Assembly (NCBI GenBank): GCA_027604505.1
Contig: JADIIX010000146.1
Location: 1 to 54,539 of the forward strand
Direction: 5' to 3'
Length of the DNA stretch: 54,539 nucleotides
DNA from: Gonapodya sp. JEL0774
Lineage: Eukaryota
Part shown: positions 13,797 to 25,784 of the stretch, one piece after another
How the letters are laid out: each line of letters opens with the position of its first letter
How positions within the stretch are numbered: the stretch's first letter is position 1
Program-made: the position numbers and the translations under genes
Notes under the pieces: model-generated
What the model saw: only the letters and a program-made list of their open reading frames with translations
Database searches by the model: none
What the model was told of the DNA's origin: nothing

Positions 13797-16700
13797 ATGA
13801 CAGAGAGAATTCTCCATGTCGTGTTTCTAATGTGAGCATCGTGTCTCTCGTTTTCGTTGTGGCCATCTCTTCGTATCCCCCAATTCCCTGTCTCATCCTC
13901 CTCCATTTCACTCTCGGCATCTAAACCCGTTCGTATCCTCCCAATTCTCTCTAACTAAAGCGACATTACTGGCTCCATGGGGAGCCAGATCAGCGGCGTT
14001 AAGCGAATGGTGTCCACTTTTTGCGCCGTCGACCGCCCCGGAGTGGAGCTTCATCTACATACCTTTACCGAAACTTCGAAAAATTGTTACGTGACATGGA
14101 CGGAAATGGGAATGGGAAGGACTCAACTTCAGCAATACGTGGAAGACAATCTGGCATTGAACTCTCCACCAGGCACGAACGAAAAAAATGCATACGGCGG
14201 AGATGGACCTGAGAACACTGCTGCGGGGCTGGCTTCATTGGTTCAAAAATTCTCACCGGTGAGTTGCATGGCCAGTCCACTGATTATATGCTGTACCCCA
14301 ACCTGCCCAATGTGTTGGTTCCGGTCAGAGCGACAACATCATCTGTTTTATTATTACCGACGCAGACCCACACTACGTTAGGAATGGTCGCTCACAGGAA
14401 GCCCAAAGGGAATCAGAGTGGCTGGCTGACAAGGGCTTACCCACTGACATCTTCCAAGTGTTAAACCTCGTCTGCGAGACACTCAACGTTACCCTTGTCC
14501 CGATTCTGTACACAAACTCCAATCTTGCTTGGTACATTGTGAGTCTCTAAGAGCATTTGACCATCTCACAATTTGTGTGTTTCTGTATCTCGCTTCTCAC
14601 ACTATTCCTCCCTCTCACAGCAAGCTGCCACACTATCAAATGGCATCATGCTGTTCCCTTCTTCAACAGACGCGAGTCTTCTTGCTGTTGGCCTTGATGC
14701 GCTGCTTCAAGCCTTACAAGCCCGCGTAATGGGGGGTGCCACGGGTGTCAGCGAGCAAACCCTCAACGAACTCCGGGGGTTCCGGGTAGTCGCACCTGAC
14801 GCGAACTCGATCGAACTGTTGGAGGCTGACACTGTCAACCTACCGACACTACTCGACCATCCCCACTCTCGCTCCGATGATAAGCGAACGGCACTCGGCC
14901 GACTTCTCGACACGGCTACCGACAGGTTCTCGGGTAAAAGGGCCGGAAAGCGCGTGCGCGGTGTCGATATGGATGCTACCACTGCCTCGGTCAAATACTT
15001 TGTGATTTCGATGCTTGAATCGCTTGGGAGGGTGGACCTGTTTGGCGAGGATGGAGCTTTGGCTAAAGACATACGGGACGAGATGAAGAAATTCGTCGAT
15101 AGGACGCCGGCAGTGGTATCGCCCAAGCTACTAGATCCTCCGCCTGCACTTAGTGCTTCCGATGTTGAGCTATCCGAGGGGGCGGTTACATGCGTGGTTC
15201 TGCTTGAGACAGCGATGGGCACCATTCAATCGTTGAAGGAGCTCCCCATCAAGACAGAGGAAGATCTCAGCAAATGGCTCTCGCTTGCGATGGAGATGCT
15301 GATGGTGCGATTTGTGGACGTGAGGTTTCCTCGAGACAAGCTCAACCCGGTACTAGTGGATTTTGCGGACTCCTGGTCTGCGAAGGTCAAGTCTATTTCC
15401 ATATCATCTGTGATCTCAGCTCTCGCCGCTCTCGAGATGAGGGCGACCGCCTCATCAGAGGGCCATCTAGTGTATCAGGATCCTCTTTCGAAGAAGGAGC
15501 ACTCGACGGCACTCATAATCGCACATCCCAATGACGCGGTGCTCACGAGAGCGTTCCAAGTTCTTTCTGGTTTGCCAACTCTACATGGCCTAATTCAAGG
15601 CAACCTTGTTTCTGGCGGCTACCAAATCTTCCCTTCCCTATCTCCTGGCCTGACAGCTGCATCTCTCGTGCACATGGCCTACGATATTGCGGCGAAGGGT
15701 ACCCAAGACCCCAGCGAAGCCGAGTGGGAAGTAATGCGCTCCTTGGTTTGGTCGATCCAGAAACAGACTATGACTCCGGCTTCCGATATTGTGAAGAGTC
15801 TCCGTAAAGGCCTGGGCTTCAACAACCCCTCGGATGCAATCCCGAAACTGGTGGCTGCTTTGATCGTTCACCTACACCGGCGCAAAACCCCAGCAGTGGG
15901 ATCGGACAAGGCTCTTGTTTTCGAGCTCTTTGAGGAGATGTCAGCGGCGAGAGTGGCTACCATTCATAATTACAACAACAAACGTGAAGCGGATGGGAAA
16001 TTACCTGTATATAATGGTTGGATCTCCCCAATCGAAATAGGACAATGCTTTATCATCGACTGGGATTTCGACAAACTCAAGCCACTGGAGGAACTCCATC
16101 CGTGTGAGATATTTGCGAGCCGAGGGAAACGTGACGGGGCGGAGGCAGCGGCGGACGGGACAGAAGCAACTGGGTGGGAAGGCCGCCTCGAAACAGCAGT
16201 AGCGGAAACGAAAGTTTTCCTTTCCACTTTCCGAGCACATTCATTGCTTACTCGAGTTCTCTTTGGAGCCGATCTCAAACTCTCAGATCCCAAGGTTGCG
16301 ATTCCGAGGACGGTCGACGTTGCTTTGAACGAGGGAGAAGCGCGATCGATCATGGTCGAATCAGCGCTCCTGGAAAGGCGTTCGATGAGGTTCGAGTTGT
16401 TGAATCCGCAAGAGACGAAGGAGGCCAACGAATGGCGTAGACGGGCAAAGTCAGAATACTCTCTTCTGGATATGGGCAGGACGATCGTTGCAGACTGCAT
16501 CGCATCACAAAGCAAGGAGTGGTGGGCAGAGAGATCGGAGTTTGCCCGGAAGCAGCTTATGGATCGTGCTGAACAAGACGTCATACGTCGAGTCTTTCTT
16601 GCAAATGGTCAAACGGAGCTCACCGAAGATCAGGAGTTAAACATTGTGGCCGATATGCGCGACTCTCTGACGATGAATTTTCTTGGTCGCACGTTTAAAC

Positions 16701-17122
16701 TCACTCGTATGGACGTACCGGATCTACTACGTCGGGTACCCAAGGAGCTCATGCAGACTGTCGGCAAGTTGTTGGTGATTGGTGACTGGACGCCAATGGC
16801 TCCGGCAGCACTGCGCAGGAGCTATGCGGTGATCGTCGAGCTTTTTGCAAGCTGTGAGTGCCGAGACGCGGTACGTCAAGCTTTAACGGCCGCCATGATT
16901 TGCAAGAGGGACACTCCGAATAGACATGGACACACCAAGGAGCTGACTTGGCCGGGATATCTGGGATGGAGCAGAGAGTATGAGGAAGCCAGGCTTAAGG
17001 CAGTGCCCGAGGGAACCAAGGATCCAGAAAAGTGGGCTTCGAACGTGAAAAAAGCCCTGCAGTACATGCGGATGTGCACGGAGGAAGGAGCCATTCTACC
17101 ACAACTGCGGCGTAAAACATAA
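13797..17122 (+). CDS. Large orphan protein with N-terminal von Willebrand factor A (vWA) domain
   Basis: Spliced start MTERILHVVFLI|DITGSMGSQI (intron 13832-13960 with CTAAC branch and AAG acceptor) gives a MIDAS DxTxS, followed by GGDGPE and IITDADPH motifs. A ~2.5 kb uninterrupted final exon has no recognisable domain. Confidence 0.8.
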
Positions 17123-17319
17123 ACTGTGCTCTCTAAATCGGGTACTTTGAATGCGTGTTATGTATTGATGTGAAATGAAATGAACGTGTCACTTCTCCTC
17201 TTCCTTATTCCCTCTCGTCTTCCTTTTCCTTTCTCGTCTTTTCCTTCTCTTCCTCGTCTTCGTTCCCGTGCACTTCTCTGTCTTCCCTTTCACTGCACAT
17301 ATTGCTTTACCAATTGTCT

Positions 17320-17343
17320 GTTTTTTTTTTTTTTTTTTTTTTT
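17320..17343. repeat. Poly(T) tract in a pyrimidine-rich convergent 3' region
   Basis: About 24 consecutive T between the vWA and RPN8 stop codons, with CT-rich sequence at 17190-17290. Confidence 0.9.
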
Positions 17344-17401
17344 CTACTGTGGCGTGCACGATTTCTGTTTTCGCAGTAACTGCTGACAATGTTCCTTCAT
17401 A

Positions 17402-19334
17402 TCACTTCTTACCATTATCCTTCGCTGTTGTCTCTTTCCCTTTCCCGTCCGTCTTTACCTCCACCTTAGAGTCCGTTTCCTCTTTCTTCTCAACGTCTTT
17501 ATTTTCCTGTAAATTGGGGGTAACGGCGTGTTGAAGGACAAGAACATGGTGAAGGACTCGTAAATCGGACGAACCTTCTCGTCTGGCTTTTTCGATTCCT
17601 CCTGCTCTGCGTCTCGCAATTGAAGCTAGAGGTCGAGGGAATGGTTTGGGTACCCACATTGGTGACATTGCAGAGTTCAAATCAATTGAGTTCGTCATTA
17701 TGAACGGTCTTTCCACCACGATGCAAGTGAGATGCAGACATACCTTGTTGTTGATCAAATTATGCAGTGCCACCGTCGCTCTCACCAAACTGCTCAAATA
17801 GATCACCAACATTTCATCATTGGTCTTAACACTGAAAGCCCTCGCTACGTCTTCAACTCCAATTTCCGGCATCAAATTAAACACATCTTGTAAGTTGGCA
17901 ACGATTCTGTGGTTCAATGGCAAATCTCCCTTGACCACTTTGTCCAAGTAATCGCGCACATCTTCGACGCGTGCCTGCAGACCCTTGAGCGAGTCAAGCT
18001 GGGTAGTGACGGACGCAGCGAGTGTGCCGTGGGAAATGTCTTTGACGTCGCGGAGAAGATGCTCCACACCAATTTCTTCCGATTCTTCCGCTTCGATGAG
18101 GGAGGGCACGTGAGCAAATGTTTGTGTAGTAGCTGTGCCGTCCTGTGCGTCAGGAAATGACGATTCACCAATTAGCTTCCTTAAGAGTCATGTGGGACTA
18201 TCATTTTGTGAGACTAGTACCCATTCATTCTCCACAGTTGCAACGCCCGACAGCATCACAACACCTATCATTGATTACTCACATCATGAATTTCTTCTAC
18301 AGCGAAATAAGCATCGGTGGGCACGCCCAGATCCTTTGGTCGCACATCAATTACGACAAGAACAGGGTTCGGTGTGTATCGGCGGAAGAGAGCGTTGATT
18401 TCGAGGTCTGAAGCACGGAGACGAGGCCCAGAGTGGTACCAGCCCACGAGTTTCTCCTTGGCTGATAATTGAGAGTGAGGTGAATGAGGTTCAGGTTGAA
18501 ACGGCAGCGAGATGGGGAGCAATTACTGTTCAAATGCCAACAAAGATCATGAAAAGCAATGCAGCTTGGGGCAGAGAAGCTCCCAATGGATTCATTAACC
18601 ATTCAGAAGCCCATGTTCGTTTCTGCGAATCACTGAAGATGGGTTCTCGGGCCCCAGGCCCCAAGAAAGCACATTCTCCAACGTCCCGTTGACATTGAGT
18701 TTGCTTGTCACGGGCGTAAAATCTATATTTTGTCCAATTCTAGATGATGATGAAAGTGCCCAGAAACGGCAAGATTCGCCATCCATTCGTCTACAGAAAC
18801 TCTTCCTCCGAAATATCTCAGGTTATCTCTGCACACTCTCATATGAAAATGAGCATCTCACCTCACAGACAACGATGGTCGGTGTCGGGGTGCCGAAAGG
18901 CTACATCCTCCGCCTCGCCCACTTCCTGCACTCACCATTAACTTTCTTAAACATGTCATACATCGCCTCATGGTAGTTGTGGTCGATAAACCATACAGAT
19001 GGATCCTTCTCATCTTCCTCAAATGGTACTTTTAATCGAAAATGGGTTTGAATCAAGAGTGCCAGTGGGTTCCGCAAGCACAGTGAGATCACCCAGGAAC
19101 ACGAATTCAATTGAGACAAGGCAGACACTGGCTCACATGTCAACATAACGAGCGCTCACAGGCGTAAGAATTCGCAATGTTGACCGACTTCCCCTTCCAC
19201 TGCCCCAAGAGAACGCCGAGTACACGCTTGTTGGTGTTTCTTGCCATTCGATTGTAATGGTCTGTGACGGACAATAGTACCAGAGGGTGCACTACAACGG
19301 ATTCTGGCGTCGAGGTTGTTGTTGTAACTGGCAT
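17402..19334 (-). CDS. RPN8: 26S proteasome lid subunit Rpn8/PSMD7 (MPN domain)
   Basis: Motifs [92 protein letters not shown] and [17 protein letters not shown]. Confidence 0.97.
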
Positions 19335-19529
19335 CGTTCCGCGTCAATTGAAATAAATTGGAAAAAGTGGAGCTTGGGGGTTGCAAGATTCTCGAAACGC
19401 ACGATGACATTCAAACCTAAGAAATGTATGAATATTCATCGATTTAGAACGATTTAGGTAGAACAGAAGGAAGAAAGGGATTGATCTAAGTTGAATTTCT
19501 ATGTAAAAACGCATGCCCTGTTTGTGCCC

Positions 19530-20496
19530 CTATTCTTCATCGTCATCCTCGGATGAATTTGCTCGTGATGACAACTCCCAATCGGAGTTCCAGTATGATG
19601 ATCCAGAGCCCCAAGATTTGGCGTCGTCAAACCACTCATCACCCCTTTCGCGGAGGTAGTTATTATTTTCAAACAGCATCACCAAAAAGGGAGGAACGGG
19701 TGCGTCCATCTCATCTCATCGAGATGGACACACCCGTTACTCCCTATTTTTCTGAGTCCGAATCAGTATCCCTCTGGGAGGTTGTGTATTCAGAAGGATG
19801 TGTTGGGGGAGAGTCTCTACAAGAGTGAGGGATATGAGTCCACATACATTCTGCATTGAGGGCGAAGCAGAGCGAACTGTAACACACCTTTCCACTTGGT
19901 AAGCCTCCTTAAAGGTGCGCTGGGTTTGGAACTCAGGAACTTCGTTCGGTCCAGCGGGCAAACCACTAAGGAGGGTCCTTGACACGACCGCGACCATCCT
20001 TCAGCATCTTTGCCTTGCCTTGCAAGATTTGCAAGTACTGTGACAAAATGGTTCGTTCACGAGCGAGCCCAAAGTGTGAATTCTTCTGTAACCAGTGAAA
20101 ATGCCAGTGAATCTATATCCACACTAACAGATGCTGTACATGACACGGCCATGGGGCGACTGATTTCGACTCGAAGCAGATCATACCCTCCTGAATCTCC
20201 TTTTGCGTGTCTTGTTTGCGATCGGGTTTCCGAGCTGTATCCGCGGCTGTCCTCCTAGCTGTTCCTTTCGCTGTCTTGATGTTCTTGGTGGAAATCTTAA
20301 TCTGTGATCGACCATCACCGCATTCTATCCCAGGTGAGACATCGGCAGCCGATCGGCCTGCTGGCAGCGTTTTACTTGTTGAACTCTGAGAGGTGGGGCG
20401 TGACGTTTTGCGGACGCTGGACTGCAGCCGGGAAGATCGACGCGGAAGGTTCGCTACAGGGTCAGGAGAGCGCCGAGACCGTGCAATAGCGGACAT
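19530..20496 (-). CDS. Hypothetical protein or pseudogene (basic S/R/K-rich N-terminus, acidic tail)
   Basis: ORF MSAIARSRRSPDP... and a terminal segment WNSDWELSSRANSSEDDDEE*. I could not build a stop-free spliced model linking them. Confidence 0.35.
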
Positions 20497-20679
20497 GGGA
20501 AAGTGTGTGGATTGCGACGTCCCCCATCAGGAGATCATTATATTTGTGCACAGGACAGCCGACACAAATTTCTGCAAATTTTACATTTTTTTAACCTCTC
20601 AAAGCGGGTAGAGGATCGCTCACTAAGATGGAAAGAGCAATTTTTGGATGTGGAAGGATCAAGACGAACGCCAAATGGG

Positions 20680-22039
20680 TCACGAGCCAGCTCTGCGAAA
20701 GAGAGTTCACGATGGTGTTAGTAAGAACAGAGCGTGATTGCCCAAAGTGGTGGGAAGAAGAGTATGACGCAGGTAACTACGATGGCTATAGAGCAGAACA
20801 CAAGAGCGTGCCTCTTTCCCTTGATGTCAGCGTTTCCTCCTGAGTATTCTGCTTCAACAAGTGTCCGTCAGTTCCATGTCAGAAGCACTCGTAAAACCGG
20901 AACCGTTTTAGAGGATCATTTGAACAAAGTGGAACTCTCAACCTCTCAGTTCCACGGACTCATCCTCTAAAACTTGCTTCAAAATTCATTAGGGGAACAC
21001 GCTTCCAACTCACCTCAGGCACAGAATGACACTGTCCCCCCGCAAGAACATTTTGGAAATAAAGCGGTCTTTGTTCACAGGCTTAGCCTTCTTCTTGCCT
21101 TTGCCTGTTTTCGGAGTTTCCGTCCACATCTGTCGGTAGCGAGCAATGGCAGTTAGTGAAGCTTCCCAGCCCAAAAGTTTGTGTGCGCCGATTTCCGGGG
21201 GGTGGTTAAACAAGAGAGCCCACATAGACAATAAAGCACCAAAGCAACAATTTTCTTTCCATGGACGGATTCCTCCTTTTGAATCCTGTATGATTCGGCA
21301 CAGCGGTAAGGCAGTCGCCCAGTCCACTGAGTAAAGAAACTCAGCACGTTGCCTTTGAAAGATAAGCCTGCATCCATAGCTCAATTCTCAAAACCCCCCT
21401 TCCAAACACACTGCTTGGGGCGCCTCTGCCAGATTCCAACACCTCTCCAACAATCCACGAAACCACAAGTCTCACCTCCTTCACATTCTCCAGGACCATA
21501 TTCATGTGCCTATCAAACGCCTTGATCCTCCCTAATAATTTCCTGTTATTTCTGCACGAAACCAGTACCTGAGCATTGGCACGGACGGCGTTGGTGAGGA
21601 GGGAGAGAGGACCGGTTTGAAACTCCTCTTCCTCAATTTTCTTGATTTCCTCCTCGGTCTGGAGTCCCACCAGAGTACGGATCACAGAAACGGGGGATTC
21701 AGGAGAGAAGACACGTTTTCCATAAACGATTTTTTGGTTTCATTGTGTTCGACATGAATAGGAGAGTCCACCGTTCCCCAATGAATGCCATTCAAAGGCC
21801 GTCCGGCCAAAAACAGAAACAAACATTAGAATCTTTGAAGACCCCGAGTTGCAACTCCACGCTCGCGGCCCGATCCCGCATGTCTCTTACTGACCATCTC
21901 CGACTTGGGTTTGTTGCTGCGCTCCCAACGTTTTCATGGGATATCCGAAAGGGGCAAGAAAGGGTATGGATTCAGCGTCCATGCTCGTGAGACAATTTCA
22001 ACATCTCGAAGATGAAGACGAACGCCAAACGCACCTCAT
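20680..22039 (-). CDS. SMD2: Spliceosomal Sm protein D2
   Basis: Spliced [99 protein letters not shown]. The last intron has TACTAAC at 20723-20717. Confidence 0.97.
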
Positions 22040-22627
22040 CGTGGTGAGCTTGTGAGTTCAAAGAGGCAAGATTTTATGTAGTGTAGTGAGCACCGGGTGG
22101 CACAATCCACCAAGCTATATAAATGATCCAGCACGACTTTTTCTCAAGGAGGGTGCCATGAGCACAAATGTTTTCAACGTGAACACAGCGTTCCTGTTCC
22201 TGGGAATGTCCGCAGTGGTGCTTCATCTTCCTTCCTCCCCACGAAACCGCTCCCCAGCTTATCGTGCAGCATACAATGACTTCCCCATCACTACGACATG
22301 CAAACCGCACTTGTCTACTGTCTCACATCATCTACTCTGACACTTAATCTTCCAGTGAGAAAATACTTTGCATTGAGAGCTCGCCGCTGCCACCTCGTCC
22401 GGCACTTTGGAATGTTCCCTCTTTCGCTGCACGCAAATTGAATGGAATCAATGGTGATATGTGCAAGTTCCGATTGTTCCACGACCAACTACTACATTCA
22501 GCTATCAAACGAAGCCGAAACCGAACTTCGTTCAAAACCATCGGCGCAACGACAACAAATGTATCCACACAACGTCCACTCTCAGCACAACCCGCAACCA
22601 ACACAAACGCGCTCGACACTCAAAAGC

Positions 22628-24173
22628 TTAGAACCGCAGCTTGGTGAAGAACCACTTGTTCTTGCCAGTTTGGTACCTGGATGGGAAGTGAAACAAGGGG
22701 ACAGAGACGTTTAAGAGTCAAAATTCAGAAAGTCATTCTGCCTTGAAAGTTCAAGTGAATAAGTGGCTACTGCACTTCAACAGTTGAAGTGACAAGGATT
22801 GTCCTTTCCCACAGCCATGTGAACTTCAGAGTCTCGCGTCCTGCCCCCCAAACACCCGCTCGTACGCAGATCCAATGAGCATTCTTGTCCTTTATGCGTC
22901 TGACACCCACCTCTCCTCGAAAAATTTCTTGAGCCCCTTGCGAGCCTCAACCCGTTTTGCTGGGTCGGCGAGCGCTTCCGATGTGACCAGGTTCTTCAAG
23001 TCACCCTCGAAGTTGTACCTGCGTGGGAACGCAAACGAGATGGTGGGGGAAATAATGGTGGTTGGGGTGAGGAGGTAAGACAAATGCGACGGAGACCAGA
23101 GAGAGCGCATAGCCGAGGGATATGAATTTGCTTTGTGAGTGGGTTCAACATTGCCCACCTACACAGTTCGACACAGTCTAGCCCATCCGTCTCCTTGAGT
23201 CCCGAATTCCAGTAGATCATTCATTGTGCATTCTCCCCACACCCCAACCAAGCGAGTCCCTTCTATTCACAGGCTTCACCAAGAATACCCACCGAGTCGG
23301 CATGATGTGGTTGTAGTTTATGCTCTTGATGAAGGGCTTTACACGGCTCCTCTTTGCGATCCTACGGACACCCATGCGCTTGGTGACGCGGAGGGGGGTC
23401 TTGTTGATTCCGGCGACGACAGCGTGGGGGTACTTGCGGTCGTTGGTACCGTCATCGTGGTCTGTGTAAGGAGGGGGGTCGGAGCAAAGAGGAGGGATGA
23501 TGAGCCAGAAGTCGGGAAAACGTTTTGTCTCACTCCGTTGTCCCCGCACAAGCCCTCAGCGATCGGCGCGATAGCCACTCCAGGTATGAGAATTTCAAAG
23601 AACTCTGCGAAATAGTCAGGAAACTCCAAGACCGTGGTGTTGCGGTCTGATACGAGTTGAATTGCCCAAGTCCTTGGGAGGCGTATTCCAGTCTTTCGCG
23701 GTGTTGCTGTAGACTGGACACTTCCTCAGTAGATTTGAGAAGGTGTCCAGCAGGAGTGTCTGTCGAGATTCCAATTTGCAGCAGATCCAGTGCTCTTCTT
23801 ATTCTATCCAACGTCCACCTGATCCAACTCGTTGAATTTCCAATTTCTCCATTCATTTCTTCAAGCATTCATCACCATTCTGCTATTCAATTTGCGTCCC
23901 AAGCCAGGCTGCTACACTCTCGACGGTCACTCCATGCGTGAACCAAAACTCCCACATACTCACTTCGCACAATGACAGCCTTCTTGCCTGCGTACCTCCC
24001 CTGCAGAACAAGGACAACCTTTCCGGCCTACAATATGTCGACAATTGCAATGGGAACAGAAATTCGAGCACGGGAGAGGGCGCGGTTGGGAAAGTAGGTT
24101 CAGTATTCAACACTTTTCCAGGACCAAACAGTCGAAGTTCAGGACCGCCGCACACCTTCAGGAACTTTGGCAT
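22628..24173 (-). CDS. RPL27: 60S ribosomal protein L27 (eL27), 5 exons
   Basis: [89 protein letters not shown]. Confidence 0.97.
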
Positions 24174-24617
24174 GACGGATACGAAAGAGACAGCGGCACG
24201 GGTCACTGGTGTGATGGATGGATGTGGAAGTAGGTGTCTCCAGTCGGGGCTGCGGTCGGGGCTGCGGTCTCCCTAGCCCCCACCACACACACCTGACCCT
24301 GCAGAATCTTCCACTATTACACGCACCTCGTGTACTCTTGTAATATGGCCCAGGGGAAAACTAAAAACTTGATTTTTGTACATAGGTCGTCTTGCTCGAA
24401 TATTCTGACTCCCGGACGGTCGAGCGTGTACGCCGCCGCAAAAATTCTCATCTATAGGACCAGCTCTTGCCTACTACGTAAATCTTCCGTGTGATACGGA
24501 ATATTGAGGTAGAATTAAACTGGAAAGAATGAACGGGATCGACTCACGAGAATAATCTCTCACTTTCGTCAGACTGTGGATCAATCATCAGTCAAAGTAT
24601 TACAGTAACCTATAAAC

Positions 24618-25182
24618 ATGGATGACGAACAGAAGGCGCAAACTCGGGCGCTAATGATGCAGAAGCTCATTGACGGCGGTCATAAGCAGAGGTACCGTTT
24701 CCCTGTTCTTTTGTCTGTCGGGCAAAGCGTAACGTTCTATTTTCGACTCCGCATTCCAATGAAAATGAAACCCCATTCTTGGTATTCCGATATTTGAATA
24801 GGTTGATGGAAGAGCTAAAGCAGAGCTTGACACGATCCGGCTGGAGGCAGGATGTGAAGGACTACTGCAAAAGTGCGCTTTGATGGTTGCTGGCTGTCCC
24901 CATTTACTATCTATCACCAACGATTTTTCTACCTCGACTCGCTTTGATACGCGGGGATTTTACCCTCGCATATCCTCCTCCACCCATTCCGTCCCGTCCG
25001 GATTCCGCTCAGCAATCATCCGCCAGCAGGGTATCGACAAGGTCACCACCGAAGAAGTATCCTCACGCGCCCTCCAGTATGCACGCCAACGGGTACCTGA
25101 TGAGGTTAAAGAGCAGCTTGTCCGTCGGATACGGGAGATTCTCACCCAGAGCGAGGATGGAGAGGAGGACCGGATGGCTTGA
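24618..25182 (+). CDS. SUS1: SAGA/TREX-2 subunit Sus1/ENY2 (3 exons)
   Basis: MDDEQKAQTRALMMQKLIDGGHKQR|LMEELKQSLTRSGWRQDVKDYCK|TIIRQQGIDKVTTEEVSSRALQYARQRVPDEVKEQLVRRIREIL, which carries the ENY2 GWxxxVK and VPDEVKxxL motifs. Confidence 0.9.
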
Positions 25183-25686
25183 GGATGCAATTCAGTCGAA
25201 CGCGATCCCAGATTTGCTCACCAGGGAGAACTCTTACGGACTCTTAATGCTTGGTGCACTGAGTCGCTAGGAGACGCTGGGTGTTTGGGCGTTGTACGTA
25301 TACATATAGGCCTTGCTCTCATAACATCCACGGGCGGGCGTTTTCCGTGCGGGTCATGCTTCCTGACCGTTGTTGCACACACGTCAAATCTCAAAAATCA
25401 GTATAAGTGCATCCGGGTGGGGACTGTTGACAGTACGGGAAGTGATTTGACAGGGGGAAGCTTTTGTACTTATCACCTGTTCCATGACCTAGATTACATA
25501 ATGCGATAGAGAATTTTAATCACGATGTTGATACAAGGTTACAGTCCACATGAAAAGCTTGACAGGTGAAAGCTTTTTCTTTCACTCCTCAAAAAACGAC
25601 AAAGTTGAAGGTCCCGAGGATGAAATTCAAGTTGCATTGATTTCATTTGATCAGTACCTGTTCACGTGTGATTTGCGAAGAACCGT

Positions 25687-25697
25687 GGTTCGAATCC
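25687..25697 (+). promoter_or_regulatory. Perfect RNA polymerase III B-box (TFIIIC binding site) in the promoter of the TFIIIC large-subunit gene
   Basis: GGTTCGAATCC matches the GGTTCRAnYCC consensus and lies ~90 nt upstream of the ATG at 25785. No complete tRNA cloverleaf surrounds it. Confidence 0.7.
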
Positions 25698-25784
25698 TGG
25701 AAGGTTTCACTTTTTCTTGTGACCAAATGAAGTCGACAGTGCCACAACAACCTCCCAGTCCTCAAACCAACAATCGCCTTTTCG

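Noticed and set aside
19880..20090. Possible selenocysteine readthrough (..CKSCKARQRC-TGA-RMVAV..)
   Set aside because: No similarity to a selenoprotein family I recognise and no SECIS identified. The gene model itself is unresolved.
22074..22714. Short ORFs between SMD2 and RPL27
   Set aside because: No recognisable motifs. The region is better explained as the RPL27 3' UTR and SMD2 promoter.
25640..25716. Functional tRNA gene
   Set aside because: No acceptor stem, A-box or canonical T-stem. Only the B-box is intact.
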